A DNA stretch of 64,000 nt, taken from assembly GCA_051294375.1 (NCBI GenBank), contig CM119263.1, positions 17,156,171-17,220,170 of the forward strand, in the 5' to 3' direction. Below, one piece after another: positions 14,738 to 27,264 of the stretch (the stretch's first letter is position 1; each line of letters begins with the position of its first letter). Position numbers and translations under genes: made by a program. This stretch comes from Paraspadella gotoi. Lineage: Eukaryota > Animalia > Chaetognatha. The notes beneath the pieces were generated by a model. It searched no databases, had not been told where the DNA came from, and saw only the letters and a list, made by a program, of their open reading frames with translations.

Positions 14738-16206
14738 CAAGGCAACCATCGAGCAAAATAAAAAACAAATAGAAAAAGAAAACCCAGAGACGCGCGAGAG
14801 AAAGACAGATTTTCAAAGATGGCGATATCGGTAACACGCGGTTAATGAACTTGAAGCGACAACCAGAATCGGTTTAACAGTGGATAGAGAAAGAAAAGAA
14901 TCGTTGTCGCCTCGTAAACCTCCTAAGTTAATTTTACAACCATTTTTTTATTATTTTTCTGTTCTTCGAAATTGTAAATGCGGAAATCCTAACTGTATTT
15001 TCCCGCCTTCCACGATTGTATTCTCTTACTTTTACGAGGTTCTGTTTAAAAAAAAAAAGAGGTGCCGACTGAAAAAGTAATCAGGAGTCAAGAAAAGTGG
15101 GACGCTCAATGCTTTCCGCAAAAGTGAAAAGAGAAAGCAGAGAAAGTGGCGCCGGTTCTGACCCCCTTATTTCTCCTTCCTTTCCTTGCCTTTGTTCTCT
15201 TAGTTCAAAATAAGGAACAATCTGTTCAGCTAATTATTACTTACCTCACGTTACAATGCCGATAATCTGGTAAAGATCATTTATTGAGAAAGAGTAACTC
15301 CAAAACTTTAAGTTAAAGCTGTTACCATTAGAATTTGATAAAAACTAGCACCAATACATTTTCTGGCGAATTTTTGACAAAATTTTATTGACATTTCGAG
15401 TCTTTATTCTTTTTCAGAAGTGATGTTTGTGCTCTTCACGCTATTGAGTCACCCCGAGTATTTTCACGCCTTCCTCGTATCCCACTCTCCACCACCCCCA
15501 CGCCCCCCCCCCCAAACGCTTCAATTCCGTTCCCGTCAAGATTCCCTTGACTCTTCGGTTCGGCCGACAGGGGGATGGATTGCCCGACGCCAGGAGCGGA
15601 TATTAGCCCGCGACCATTTCTCCGTCTTTGCAGCCGAACAGGCTGGAGCTCGGCTCTCGAAAGGACGAACCCCGGGTTCGAACATCGCCTATGAGGCGAA
15701 ACTCTCTTCTCATTTCCTCGTTCGTCGTTTTTCCGCGGGACGAAAACGACAACGACGACGACAGAGAAGCACTTTGAACGCCAGACGCGGACGTTAGCGT
15801 CGACCATAAGAGGAGAACGGGTTGTCATCTAATTGGAAGCCAGGTAAGTCTTAACCATAAATCGGAGGACGGCTCGATGGAATGCGGGCGGGGCCTGCGT
15901 GGGGGGGAGAAGAACGGAAGGCAGCTGTCGGCCCCTACTTTGGGAGGTAGGGGCGTGCCATTAGTTTGAGGTAGGGTACTGAGAGGTGGATGAATTGGTA
16001 GTAAAATTGGGTAATATTTTCGTTACGTAAAATTTAACGGATAAGTTTTTGTGAGGTGAGGTGAGTTTAATTCTGTTCAGGTAAAATAAGAATAGTCGTC
16101 TTCGTTAATTTTGTGAGGATTCGAAGAAAAAATGGATCCCAGAAATGAGAGATGAAATGCAATATGATGCGACCCCTAGAGTTAGAGAGAGAGAGAGAAG
16201 AGAGAG

Positions 16207-16240
<34 letters not shown>

Positions 16241-18312
16241 GGAGAGAGAGAGAGAGAGAAGATAAGAGAGAGGCAAGATCTCTTCCGCGATAACGCCATG
16301 AGAGCCGGGAGACGACGCCGCTTCTCAGTGTCACTGAAGGGATCCACGGGCTCCGCAAATAATCGACTGGCGCCGCAATGATGTCCTTAAACACAGGGCA
16401 CCGTGTCATCATCTTCTTCACACAGCCAGACCGTGGATAGAGGGATCTAGTTGAGACTGTGGCGTTTTAGGAATAGAAGTTTCCTAACAGGTGGAAATTA
16501 ACTTGATGAAGTCGTAATAAATTTTTCGAGATAACTTTTTTTAAAATTGAAATCCATTGTTTAACAAAAATTAAACTATCGTTTTAAATGATGGAGAGTT
16601 CGTTACAGAACCCCTTTCCAGGTGAAGGAGAGTTTAACGACTTGCCTTGGCAGAGACACAGCATCGGTGGATCATAGTAAATGAGGCGAGATCTGCTCGG
16701 CTTCTCTCGGACTCAATCGAGGCTCAACCGGAAGAGAATCTTGGCACACCGGAAAAAAAAAATCGTTGCTTGACCGGACGAAATTGTGGACTTGGCCGGA
16801 CGGAAAAATGGGAGCGAATTTTGGGCTCGACCGGAAAGAATTGTAATGTGAGCGTACAAAATCGCTGCTCAACCGGACAGGTGGCTTGACTGGACAGAAC
16901 GCCGCCTTCACCAGGCTTAACCGTCTTCCCCATTCAAATGGAAAGATAGTTTATATACGATGGAACCGATAGAAGCTAGTCATGGGGAGGGGAAACCGAG
17001 GCGAAAGCGGAAGGGCAATCGGTAGAAGCGAAACGTAATGGGGCGGCAAGAAATAATACAGTGGCAGGTGCGGTCGCGCAATTCGTTGTAACGGAAATCG
17101 TTGAGTATTCAAAAACTCTTAGCGTGCTCAAACTGGATGGGCAATTGAGCCTGCCCGATGGAAGTGCCAGCTAGATGAGGTAGCGATCGGTGAACGCAAA
17201 TCGTTCCCTTGAATGGAAACAATAGCGCGAAAGAAAAACGAAAGGCATCCACGGGGTGATTTCGTTCGAATAACGCGCGGCCGTAAAAAAATTATTAGTT
17301 TAACGACGGATTTAAAAGCAGAAAAGAGCGTCGTCCCCGCGTCCTGGGGCAGCGTCGAGGGAAAACCGTTGGACATCGAGTACGAAGCGGTCGGGATGAC
17401 GACGCCCGAAGGCATTCTCGACTAATGTACCGGAAAAAAGGCGCAATGTCTCGGAAAAAATGAGAAACCGATAGATTTTCAGGGCCTCTCCATTCGCTTT
17501 TTTTCTCTCTCTCTTTTTCCGCTTTCCTCTCTCTTTCTTTCTCTCTCTCCCTCTTTCGAACAATGAATTCTCTTATTGGTTTCTTGACGAAAAAAAAAAG
17601 GATAGCGAGGGGGAAAAAAACTGATAGAGACGACGAGCACTGTAAGGCGAAGGAGGAAGTTGGTGACTGGCGAAAAAAAATTTGCAAATGAATGAAAGTT
17701 CACTTTGAGACGGAACAACGTTGACTTATCGACCAAAGAAATATATTTGTTTTTTAACGATGAAGAAAATGTAAGGAATTTTAAACAAGACGGACAAGAG
17801 CCCAAACCTCAATTACTTTGCTCGGACTTGGCGAGCGAAACCGTCACAGCCAACGTCATCAGTAAAGGTGGAAAGGGGAAAAAAAAGATCGCGGAGATTC
17901 ATTAGCGACGAAGAAAATCGGAGAGGCCTTTGTTTCAACGCTTCCCTTCTTTGCGCTAGAATGAAAAATGAACAACATTAAAAAACCTTACCTCGTTATG
18001 ACGTTAGAGATCGAGGGAAGTTGTTTTTCACTCACTTTCATATTTCCGGAGTGAAAAAAACTACGAGCGAAAACAATTTAAAACGGAAAAATGAACATTT
18101 TAAATGTTGTTCGAAAAAAAATATTTTGTCATCGAATTCGACGTTTTAGACGATCGTTACGAATGCGCGTCAAAATATTTTAAAAATAGATAATTCGTGA
18201 TGGACTTGTCATCCAGATGACCTTAAAAAAATATTCGGAGAGGCGCGGAAAAAAAATGCGNNNNNNNNNNNNNNNNNNNNNNNNNGAGATAGAGAGAGAT
18301 GAAGAGAGACAT

Positions 18313-18385
<73 letters not shown>

Positions 18386-19013
18386 GAAACGTCAACGTCG
18401 GTTGAGAACCAAAGCCTTCTGCGGGCGCCATCGCGGTCCGTCGGTCCGTCGTCGTCGTCCTCCTCGTCGATGTCGTCGTCGCTGTCGTCGTCGTCGCTGT
18501 CGTCGTCGTCGTTCGTCTCCTCTCTCTCCGTCCGAAGACGCCAAGTTGGAACCAGTTGAACGAACGGGACGTCTCTTTCTTTTTCTTTTCCCCTCTCTAT
18601 CTCTTTCTCTCTCTTTCTATCTCTTTCCCTCTCTTTCTTTCATATCCCTCTTATCTCTTTCTTTCTTACTCTTTTTTCCTCGCTCTATCTCTGCTGCTTC
18701 TTTCTCCTCTCGATTTCTTCCACTGTTTTCTTTTCTTTCTCTCGTTTATCCTTTCCTTTCTTTCCTTCATTCTCCTCTTTGTTTTTCTTCTTCTTTTCTT
18801 TTCTTTTATATTCCCCTTTATCCTCCCTCCCTCTCCCATTTTTTCTTTCGATTTCAACAAAAAAATCAATTTCACAATTTTATTTCCCAATTTCCTTAAT
18901 TTTTTTATTTTTAAATTTTTTTCTAGCGATTCTTTTCCATTTTTCTTCTATTTTCGGGTTCTTATCAAAGTCTTTACCTTTTTTCTCTTCTCTTATGGTT
19001 GCCGCAAACCTCT

Positions 19014-19055
<42 letters not shown>

Positions 19056-20115
19056 CTCCTCTCTCTCTCTCTCTCTCTTCTCTCTCGTTTTCAATTTTCT
19101 TCTCTTCCTCTATCTCCCCTTTGCCCTCTCTTCACTCTCACCCCCGCCTTCTGCTTTTTATCGGCGCGCGTTTAGCCTAGTTATTATTTCTCCTCGAAGC
19201 CTCCCGTATTTATTATTATTATCCGCGTATTCTAGGTTGACGTTTTTGTTTATTAATTCCTTTTCGTCTTGGTCTTGTTACCCAGTTTCCTTATGTAAAG
19301 CCAACAACGACATCGCCCCGTTCTCGTCGTCTGTTGCCTCTTTCATATTGACATTCGGAATTCACGTCTTGATGAATGATGGAGATGTTCATTGTTCCAG
19401 CCAACCGTACTACAGTCTATATAGGCACAATACAACATTACAATTCAAAAACAATAACAATATGCATTAAACAACGCTTGGCGTCTTTGTCCCGGAATAG
19501 TGTCGCCGTCGACCATTCTTGCAACAATATCATCTTGACGACAACGCCGAACAGTCTACTACTAACCCGACGGTCGTTCTTATTCGTCGTCGACATAATC
19601 GTCGTTCGCTTTCGTCGTCGATCCCGACCCTCCCTATTTTTTAATTTTAACGAGGAAGCCTTCTTCCCAGAGAATTATATATAGATTTACGAAGTTTTTC
19701 GTCGCTGCATCGAAATGGCGCCCTCTTTTTCAGGCTCCACAACTTTTTTTTCTTTCTTTTTTGTTTATCTTTCCGTTAATTATCGTCATGCTAGAGGCAT
19801 GCAGCGGGTGTTACGAACCGCGTTTGCTCTAGGTATTTTAAGTAAAGGTAAACTTAAAGCCCGACCACGACTTTGTCCCCATTTTACAGTTTGTGTCTTT
19901 CTTTGATACAGTTAAAAGCGATTTTTGTTTTAAAAAACCAAAGACCGAAGCATAGTGTTTCCATAGCGACGCAATACGAGTTGTGGCAGCATCGAATTTA
20001 TTTTCCCCGTTCCTCGATTTAAATTTTTTGCCCGTCGCTTCGCATCCCGAGTTTCGGCGGGAAAAAGTTTGAAAATCGCGGAAAAATGGAGGGAGAACGA
20101 GAGAGAGAGAGAGAG

Positions 20116-20191
<76 letters not shown>

Positions 20192-22919
20192 CCGATAAGA
20201 CGCGCGTATCGAAAAAAAAAGAAAGAGGGGCGTCTGGTAAGTGGCGGGAAAGATCCGCCTAGAGAATAAGATACGAACCACGAACGTTAAACCTTTTAAT
20301 GGCACTTAAAATAAGATGCTCTCAAAGGAATGAAATGAAACAGAAATGGCTATAACATTTCAATTAGGTACGTACATACGTACATTACGTGTGGTCGCGG
20401 GCGGACGTTTCAGCTAGAAAAGAGAGACACTAAGTCGAGATACCATGCGGAGGAGGACTCGCGCCACCCATTTGAAAAAAAAATTAGAGACGAAGAAAAA
20501 AGTCTCAAAAGAAAAAAAAAGGGAGTCTGAGAGTAAAAGGTTTTTTTTTCGGTCGGATCGGGAGCATCGGGCCGCTACAACAGAGAAAGCTTTCGAGAAC
20601 GCTTAGCATTCAATGAACCGTAATCTCATATTAAATGGTTTTCTGTCTGTTTCTCCTTTTCCTTTTCTTTCTTACGCTTCCTTCTTTCAAAATCTCTCTC
20701 TTCTACTTCTTACTCTCTCTCTCTCTCGTCTCTTCTCTCTCTCTTCTCTCTCTCTCTCTCTCTGTACGTATTTCTGTATTTTCAAAGTATCTCTGTTCCT
20801 TATTTTTGCCTTCTGTGTTGTCTTCACTTTGTTTGCTGTCAATCGATCGGGACATTTGTTTGTTCGCTCTTCTCAATTGTTTGTTACAAATTGGAGCCTT
20901 CGTACAAGTTCGCTATGTGTTGTTCTTTTTTTTCCCCTTTTGGTCGGACTGAGTTAGGCAGGGCACCTTTCGTCGCCCCTCGTCGCTAATTACAAATGAT
21001 GATAGCAAAGATTAAAAACAGAGCAACGCCAATAAAGTAGGATTAATTGGACGCGACTTTGGGTAAAATTCCAAAACAACGATACGAACTATTCGTGGGT
21101 TATCACGCGATAATTTGTTTGTCTGATCTTTTGGCTTTCGACCAAACTGTTCAAAAACTGTTTCCAACAAAAAAGCAAATCAAATTCATTTCAAGCCTCA
21201 AACCTTTTATTTTGATGGATATTTTAAATCAGAGTTTCCCCAAACTTTAGCGCACATCCGGGTCGTTTTTCAGGGACCCGGTTCATTTTCACTCTTCTCA
21301 CCGTTTTTTTTATTCCCTTTTCTTTTTCACCCGATTTTATTTGTTTTTTTCAGGCCCTCACCTTCAAAAATCGAGTAAATATTGGGCAAGAATCAAAGTT
21401 TGAACCAAAGTTTTATCGTTGTTGTTAGCTCGTCGTTGTTGTCGGAAAGTCGCCTTGTTTTTTTTTTTTTTTTTTTTTTGTTTTGTTTCTTCTTTTTTTT
21501 GCTCGAGTAAAGGTGAAAAACCTGGGAATTCAAATCTCAGCAGAGAGTAATTAGAACGTGAGAAAGAGAGAAAGAGTGAAGTGGACCCAATCAAGGTAAC
21601 AGAAAGAAAAACTTTTAAAGCTTTTGTTAGAAAGTTTTTAAATTCGCTTTCAAGTCCGTGGAAGACAAAAGTGTAGTTTGACGTTTACTGTTACTTATAA
21701 TAATATAATTAATTAGTATGAGACGAAAAGCTTTTCAAGGAAAATGGTATTAGCTATTGCGTTGGGAGGGAAAAACGGTTTGAACCATCTGAATTTAAAA
21801 CTAATGAACCGTAACATAAGAATATTTCTGATCGGAAAATTAATCAATACTCTATTGATATTTGATGAAAAAAAATACAGAGAGTGAGACGAAAACGGAC
21901 TCACAGTCAGAGATAGATTTTCAAAAGTGGAGAATGATTTTTATTGGAATTAATTTAAAGTAAATCGTCCGTGATATCTATGGAACAAAGAATACATTCC
22001 GAGACTCCCCTCATTGTTAAAAAAAAGGACAGCGGCTTTGTCGACGACGTCGAATAACGACACGACGGCAACTGACGACGACGCAACGACGGTGAACAAT
22101 GAACGAGCGTATTTTCGGATTTCTTTGGCAACGCGACACCCGCACCTACGCGCCTCTCTATGGCCAAGAATCAGAAAAGACAGTCGCAAATTCGACAACG
22201 ACGACGACAATGTCGTCCACACGAAAATTTCAACTTGTGAACGAGAAAACGACCTTCCCATTGGCAAAGGCTGAAGCCTTAGAGGGGTTTTTAGGTCTTG
22301 AAAGAGGCGACAGTGAGTGAAGTGGGGGAAGGGGTATATACGTGAGGGTGAAAGGAAAAAACCTTTTTGGCTAAGGAAATGGGTTAGAGAAGTCTACAAA
22401 AAATATTTGTTATGGATTATGGGAAATAGAAATTAAAAAAGGTAGAAATTGTAGCCGGCAATTTAAAGATAATGGCGGGAGTTGTAGGGAATTTAAAAAA
22501 AATTAAAGGAGGAAAAACTTTTTTTTTAGAAAGAATTTGAAAAAGGAGTTAAAAATTCAAGACATTTTCGAGTACGCGACAGGGGAGCAGTTAGAAAAAA
22601 AATTAGGTGTGAACAAGATTGCCAACTCGAGCGCCGCCTCGCGTCGGCGACGCAAGAAATGGCGAACATTAAAAGAACTCCAGGGAGGACGCATTTTGAT
22701 TTCCAGCGACGCAGCAGCGAGCGGGACTGCTGCAATGCTGCATGGCTCTTCGTTAATGAGGAAGCGGGTGTTAGAAAGTTGAATATGCTCTTTTTAAAAA
22801 AAAAAATTTGAAAAATTGAAAAATGAAATTAAGACGCAGGAGTAATGATCAAATGAGAAATTAAATTTAAAACACTTTGAAAAACAATCTGTTTTATTCA
22901 GATTGAGGTTACATGCAAT

Positions 22920-24397
22920 TAGGAGTTTACGTTGTTCTTAGAAATCGAGGAAGACTTTTTCAATGGAGATTTTCGTTAAAATCTGATACCAATAATTGTC
23001 AACGCTCCTGGGAAAAATTCAGGTTAAAAAATAGATGTAAAAAACACTCGATTCCGATCTGTTGCATCTGGAAGGCGCTCGCATTTTTTTTCTCTTGACC
23101 AAATAACCATCATTTTTGACATCAAACTATCAGATTCAAATGGACTGGTCTGCTCGGCGAAAATATTTTTCGACGCAATTTTTATATATAAATAAAGGGA
23201 TTTCTCAACTTCAATACAATGTCAACGCATTTAACATATGTTGTAATTTTTACAATAAACTTCAATTCAGGAATCGATTAGCCATATGTCTGAAGGCTCT
23301 CAAAATTTTTCTTACATTTTATATTGGTTATTTTGATTATGATACGATCATGGGAAGTGAATTAGTCCATTTGCGTGAAAATTTTTATTTAAAGTAAAAG
23401 TAAAAGAGGAAGCTAACTAGGAGGTCTACGTCGTTCTTAGAAATGAGGAAGACTTTTTTCAATGGAGATTTTTTGTTAAAATCTGACTACCAAATAATGT
23501 CAAACGCCCCTGGGAAAAATTCAGATGAAAAATAATGAAAAACACTCGATTCCGATCCTGTTACATCTCAAGGGCTCGCATTTTTTTTTTCTCTTGACAA
23601 ATAACCATTCATTTTGACATCAAACCATCCGATTCAAATGGACTGAGTCCGCTCGGAAAATATTTTTGACACAATTTTTATTATATAAAATAAGGATTTC
23701 TAAACTTCAATTACGAATTCAACGATTTAAGGTATTTGTCATTTTACAATAAACTTCAAATCAGGAATCCAATAGCCATTATGTCTGAAGGGCTTCTCAA
23801 AATTTTTCTTTACTATTTCATTTAGTTATTTTAATATGATACGATCATGGTAAAGTGAATAGTTCCATTTTGCTCGTGAATTTTTTATTTAAAGTAAAAG
23901 TAAAAGAGGAGCTAACGATCGGAATTCTAAGAGTTTCAACGGGAGTTAGATTCGGAAAAAATTTATTATGGGAAAATCTTCCAAAGAAGGGGTGGATTTT
24001 TCCAAAGATTTTGGTTAATATTTTCTATATTTATGGTCGGATTTTTTTTGAAACTTAAAAAATAGCAATATTGCCATTCATTCTACATTGGCCGGTCCGG
24101 TCAAAGAATATATTAAAAAAAAACCTCCTGACTTTGTTCGTCAGAGCTTAGTCCTAAGCCTAACGATCGAATTCTAAGAGTTTTCAACCGGGAGTCAGAT
24201 TCGGGAAATCTTCTTATGGCGAAAATTTCCAAAGAAGGGGTGGATTTTCCGAAGATTTTGGTTAATTATATTTTCGTAATTTATGGTTAGGGATTTTTTT
24301 TGAAACTTAATATAACAATATCGCCATCATTCTACCTTGGCCGGTATTAAGAATATATTAAAAACCTCTGAGCTTTGTTCGTCCAGAGCTTAGTCTA
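22920..24397 (+). mobile_element. Non-autonomous DNA-transposon-like element (~730 bp, TAGG...C(C)TA termini), outer copy, interrupted by a nested copy of itself
   Basis: Absent from duplicate copy B (empty site gaggtacaTAGCAATtctttcc at ~29391-29412). Flanked by t(a)gcaat / tagcaat, an imperfect 7-8 bp target-site duplication. Internal L-L'-R-R' structure. Confidence 0.7.
23418..24156 (+). mobile_element. Nested inner copy (739 bp) of the same element
   Basis: Starts TAGGAG at 23418 and ends GTCCTA at 24156. Flanked by (a)agctaac / agcctaac; the same target sequence gagctaacgatc is intact inside the inner copy at ~23909-23920. Confidence 0.7.
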
Positions 24398-25035
24398 TAG
24401 CAATCTTTCTACAGCAGAATTAAACTTTAGTAAGCAGTTCAAGATATTTTTTTTGAACCCAAAACTGCGCATAATTTATTTAAGATTCGCGGAACGGTTT
24501 TTGTTTTGTTGACGAAAAAAAAAGGTCAACGGAGAGAAAAGCCTATTGTATCGGGAATTGGTCGCCCGAAGCGATGCGGAAGGGTCGGTAAGGGCGGAAG
24601 GGCGGAAGGGGTGGAAGGGCGAAAGGCGGAAAGGGCGAAGGGCCTTTGGAAATCCAAGGACTACAACGCCCAGGACCACAAACGCCCAGATCTTTGTCAT
24701 TCCTCGAGTTTACTTCGGATCCAGTTAAAATTCTGGAGAAAGAAGGAAAAAAGACCGCTAACGCGTTCCTATGGGACCCGATTGCCAGTCTGGCCCGCGG
24801 GAGAGAGATGAGAGAGAGGAGAGAAAGACGAGAGAGACGAAGAGATGAGACCGGAAGAGAGAGAGCAGGAGAGGCGAGTTTGTTTGCAATACGAAGATTT
24901 TAGTGAATGCTTTGGCATTGAGAAAGCCACCTCGTTAATCAGGGCGGCAAAGGCGGCTGAAGACGAGAGCAGAGAAGAGAAGTTAATAACCGTCGATGAT
25001 TTAAAAAGGGTAAGTGAATTATCTCTCTCTTTTTT

Positions 25036-25550
25036 TCGTCGCTGTCGTCGTCGTCGCTGTCGTCGTCGTCGTCGTCTCCTCTCTCTCCGTCCGAAGACGC
25101 AAAGTTGGAACCAGTTGAACGAACGGGACGTCTCTTTCTTTTTCTTTCCCTCTCTATCTCTTTCTCTCTTTCTATCTCTTTCCCTCTCTTTCTTTCAATA
25201 TCCCTACTTATCTCTTTCTTTCTTACTCTTTTTCCTCGCTCTATCTCTCGCGCTTTTTCTCTCTTTTCTTCCCTGTTTCTTTCTCTTTCTCTCTTTATCC
25301 TTTCCTTTCTTTCCTTCATTCTCCTCTTTGTTTCTTCTTTCTTTCTTCTTTTCCCCTTTATCTCTCCCTCCCCTCTCCCATTTTTTTCTGTCGATTCACA
25401 AAAAAATCAATTCACAATTTTATTTCCCAATTTCCTTATTTGTTTTTATTTTTAAATTTTTTTTTCTAGCGATTCTTTTCCATTTTTCTTCATTTTCGGG
25501 TTCTTTCAAAAGTCTTTACTTTTTTCTCTTCTCTTATGGTTGCCGCAATA

Positions 25551-25627
<77 letters not shown>

Positions 25628-26627
25628 GTTTCAATTTTCTTCTCTTCCCTCTATCTCCCCTTAGCCCTCTCTTCACTCTCACCCCGCCTCTCGCTTTTTA
25701 TCGGCGCCGTTTTAGCCTAGTTATTATTCTCCTCGAAGCCTCCCGTATTTATTATTATTATCCGCGTATTTTTCTAGGTTGAGTTTTTGTTTATTAATTT
25801 CCCTTTGTCGTCTTGGTCTTGTACCCAGTTTCCTTATGTAAGCCAACAACGACATCGCCGTTCTCGTCGTCTTGGTTGCCTCTTTCATTATTGACATCGG
25901 AATTCACGTCTTGATGAATGATGAATGTTCATTGTTCCAGCCAACCGTACTACAGTCTATAAGCACAATACAACATACAATTCAAAACAATAACAATGTC
26001 ATTAACAACGCTGGCGTCTTTGTCCGAAATAGTGTCGCCGTCGACCATTTCTTGCAACAATATCATCTTGACGACAATGCCGAACCAGTCTCTACGAACC
26101 CCGACGTCGTTCTTATTCGTCGTCGACATAATCGTCGTCGCTTTCGTCGTCGATCCCGTCCCTCCCTATTTTTTAATTTAACGAGGAAGCCTCTTCCCCG
26201 GAATTATTTGTTTCGGTTTTCGTCGCTGCATCGAAATGGCGCCTCTTTTTCGGCTCCACAACTTTTCTTTCTTTCTTTTTTGTTTATCTTTCCGTTATTA
26301 TCGTCATGCTGAGGCAGCGGGGGTGTACGAACCGCGTTGCTCTAGGTTTTTTAAGTAAAGGTAAACTTAAAGCCCGACCACGACTTTGTCCCCATTTTAC
26401 AGTTTGTGTCTTTCTTTGATACAGTTAAAAGCGCATTCTTTGTTTAAAAAACCAAAGACCGAAGCATAGTGGTTTCCATAGCGACGCAATACGAGTTGTG
26501 GCAGCATCGAATTTATTTCCCCGTTCCTCGATTTAAATTTTTTGCCCGTCGCTTCGCATCCCGAGTTTCGGCGGGAAAAAGTTTGAAAATCGCGAAAAAT
26601 GGAGGGAGAAGAGAGAGAGAGAGAGAG

Positions 26628-26682
<55 letters not shown>

Positions 26683-27180
26683 TGAGAGAAGAGAGAGAGA
26701 GACCGATAAGACGCGGCGCTATCGAAAAAAAAGAAAGAGGGGCGTCGTGGTAGTGGGGAAGTCCGCTAGAGAAAATTAAGATACGAACCACGAACGTTAA
26801 ACCTAAGGACTAAATAATAATGCTCTCAACAGGAATGAAATGAAACAGAAATGTATAACATTTCCAATAGGTACGTACATACGTACATACGTGGTCGCGG
26901 CGGACGTTTCAGCTAGAAAAGAGAGACACTAAGTCGAGTACCATAGCGGAGGGAGGACTCGCGCACCCATTTGAAAAAAAAAATTAGAGACGAGAAAAAA
27001 GTCTCAAAAGAAAAAAAAAGGGAGTCTGAGAGTAAAAGGTTTTTTTTTCGGTCGGATCGAGATCGGGCCGCTACACAGAGAAAGCTTTCGAGAACGCTTT
27101 AGCATTCAATGAACGAATCTCATATAAAATGGTTTTCTGTCTGTTTCTCCCTTTTCCTTTCTTTCTTACGCTCCTTCTTC

Positions 27181-27264
<84 letters not shown>

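Larger units (their letters stand above)
18476..25019 (+). repeat. Segmental duplication copy A (contains a 1.48 kb insertion absent from copy B)
   Basis: Colinear with 25036-30009 along its length (e.g. ccgaagacg..agttggaaccagttgaacgaacggg at ~18531 and ~25091; ends at gggtaagtgaat in both). Differences are mostly 1-nt indels. Confidence 0.92.

Noticed and set aside
17213-17425. 70-aa ATG ORF with protein-like composition
   Set aside because: No recognisable motif or convincing splice context.
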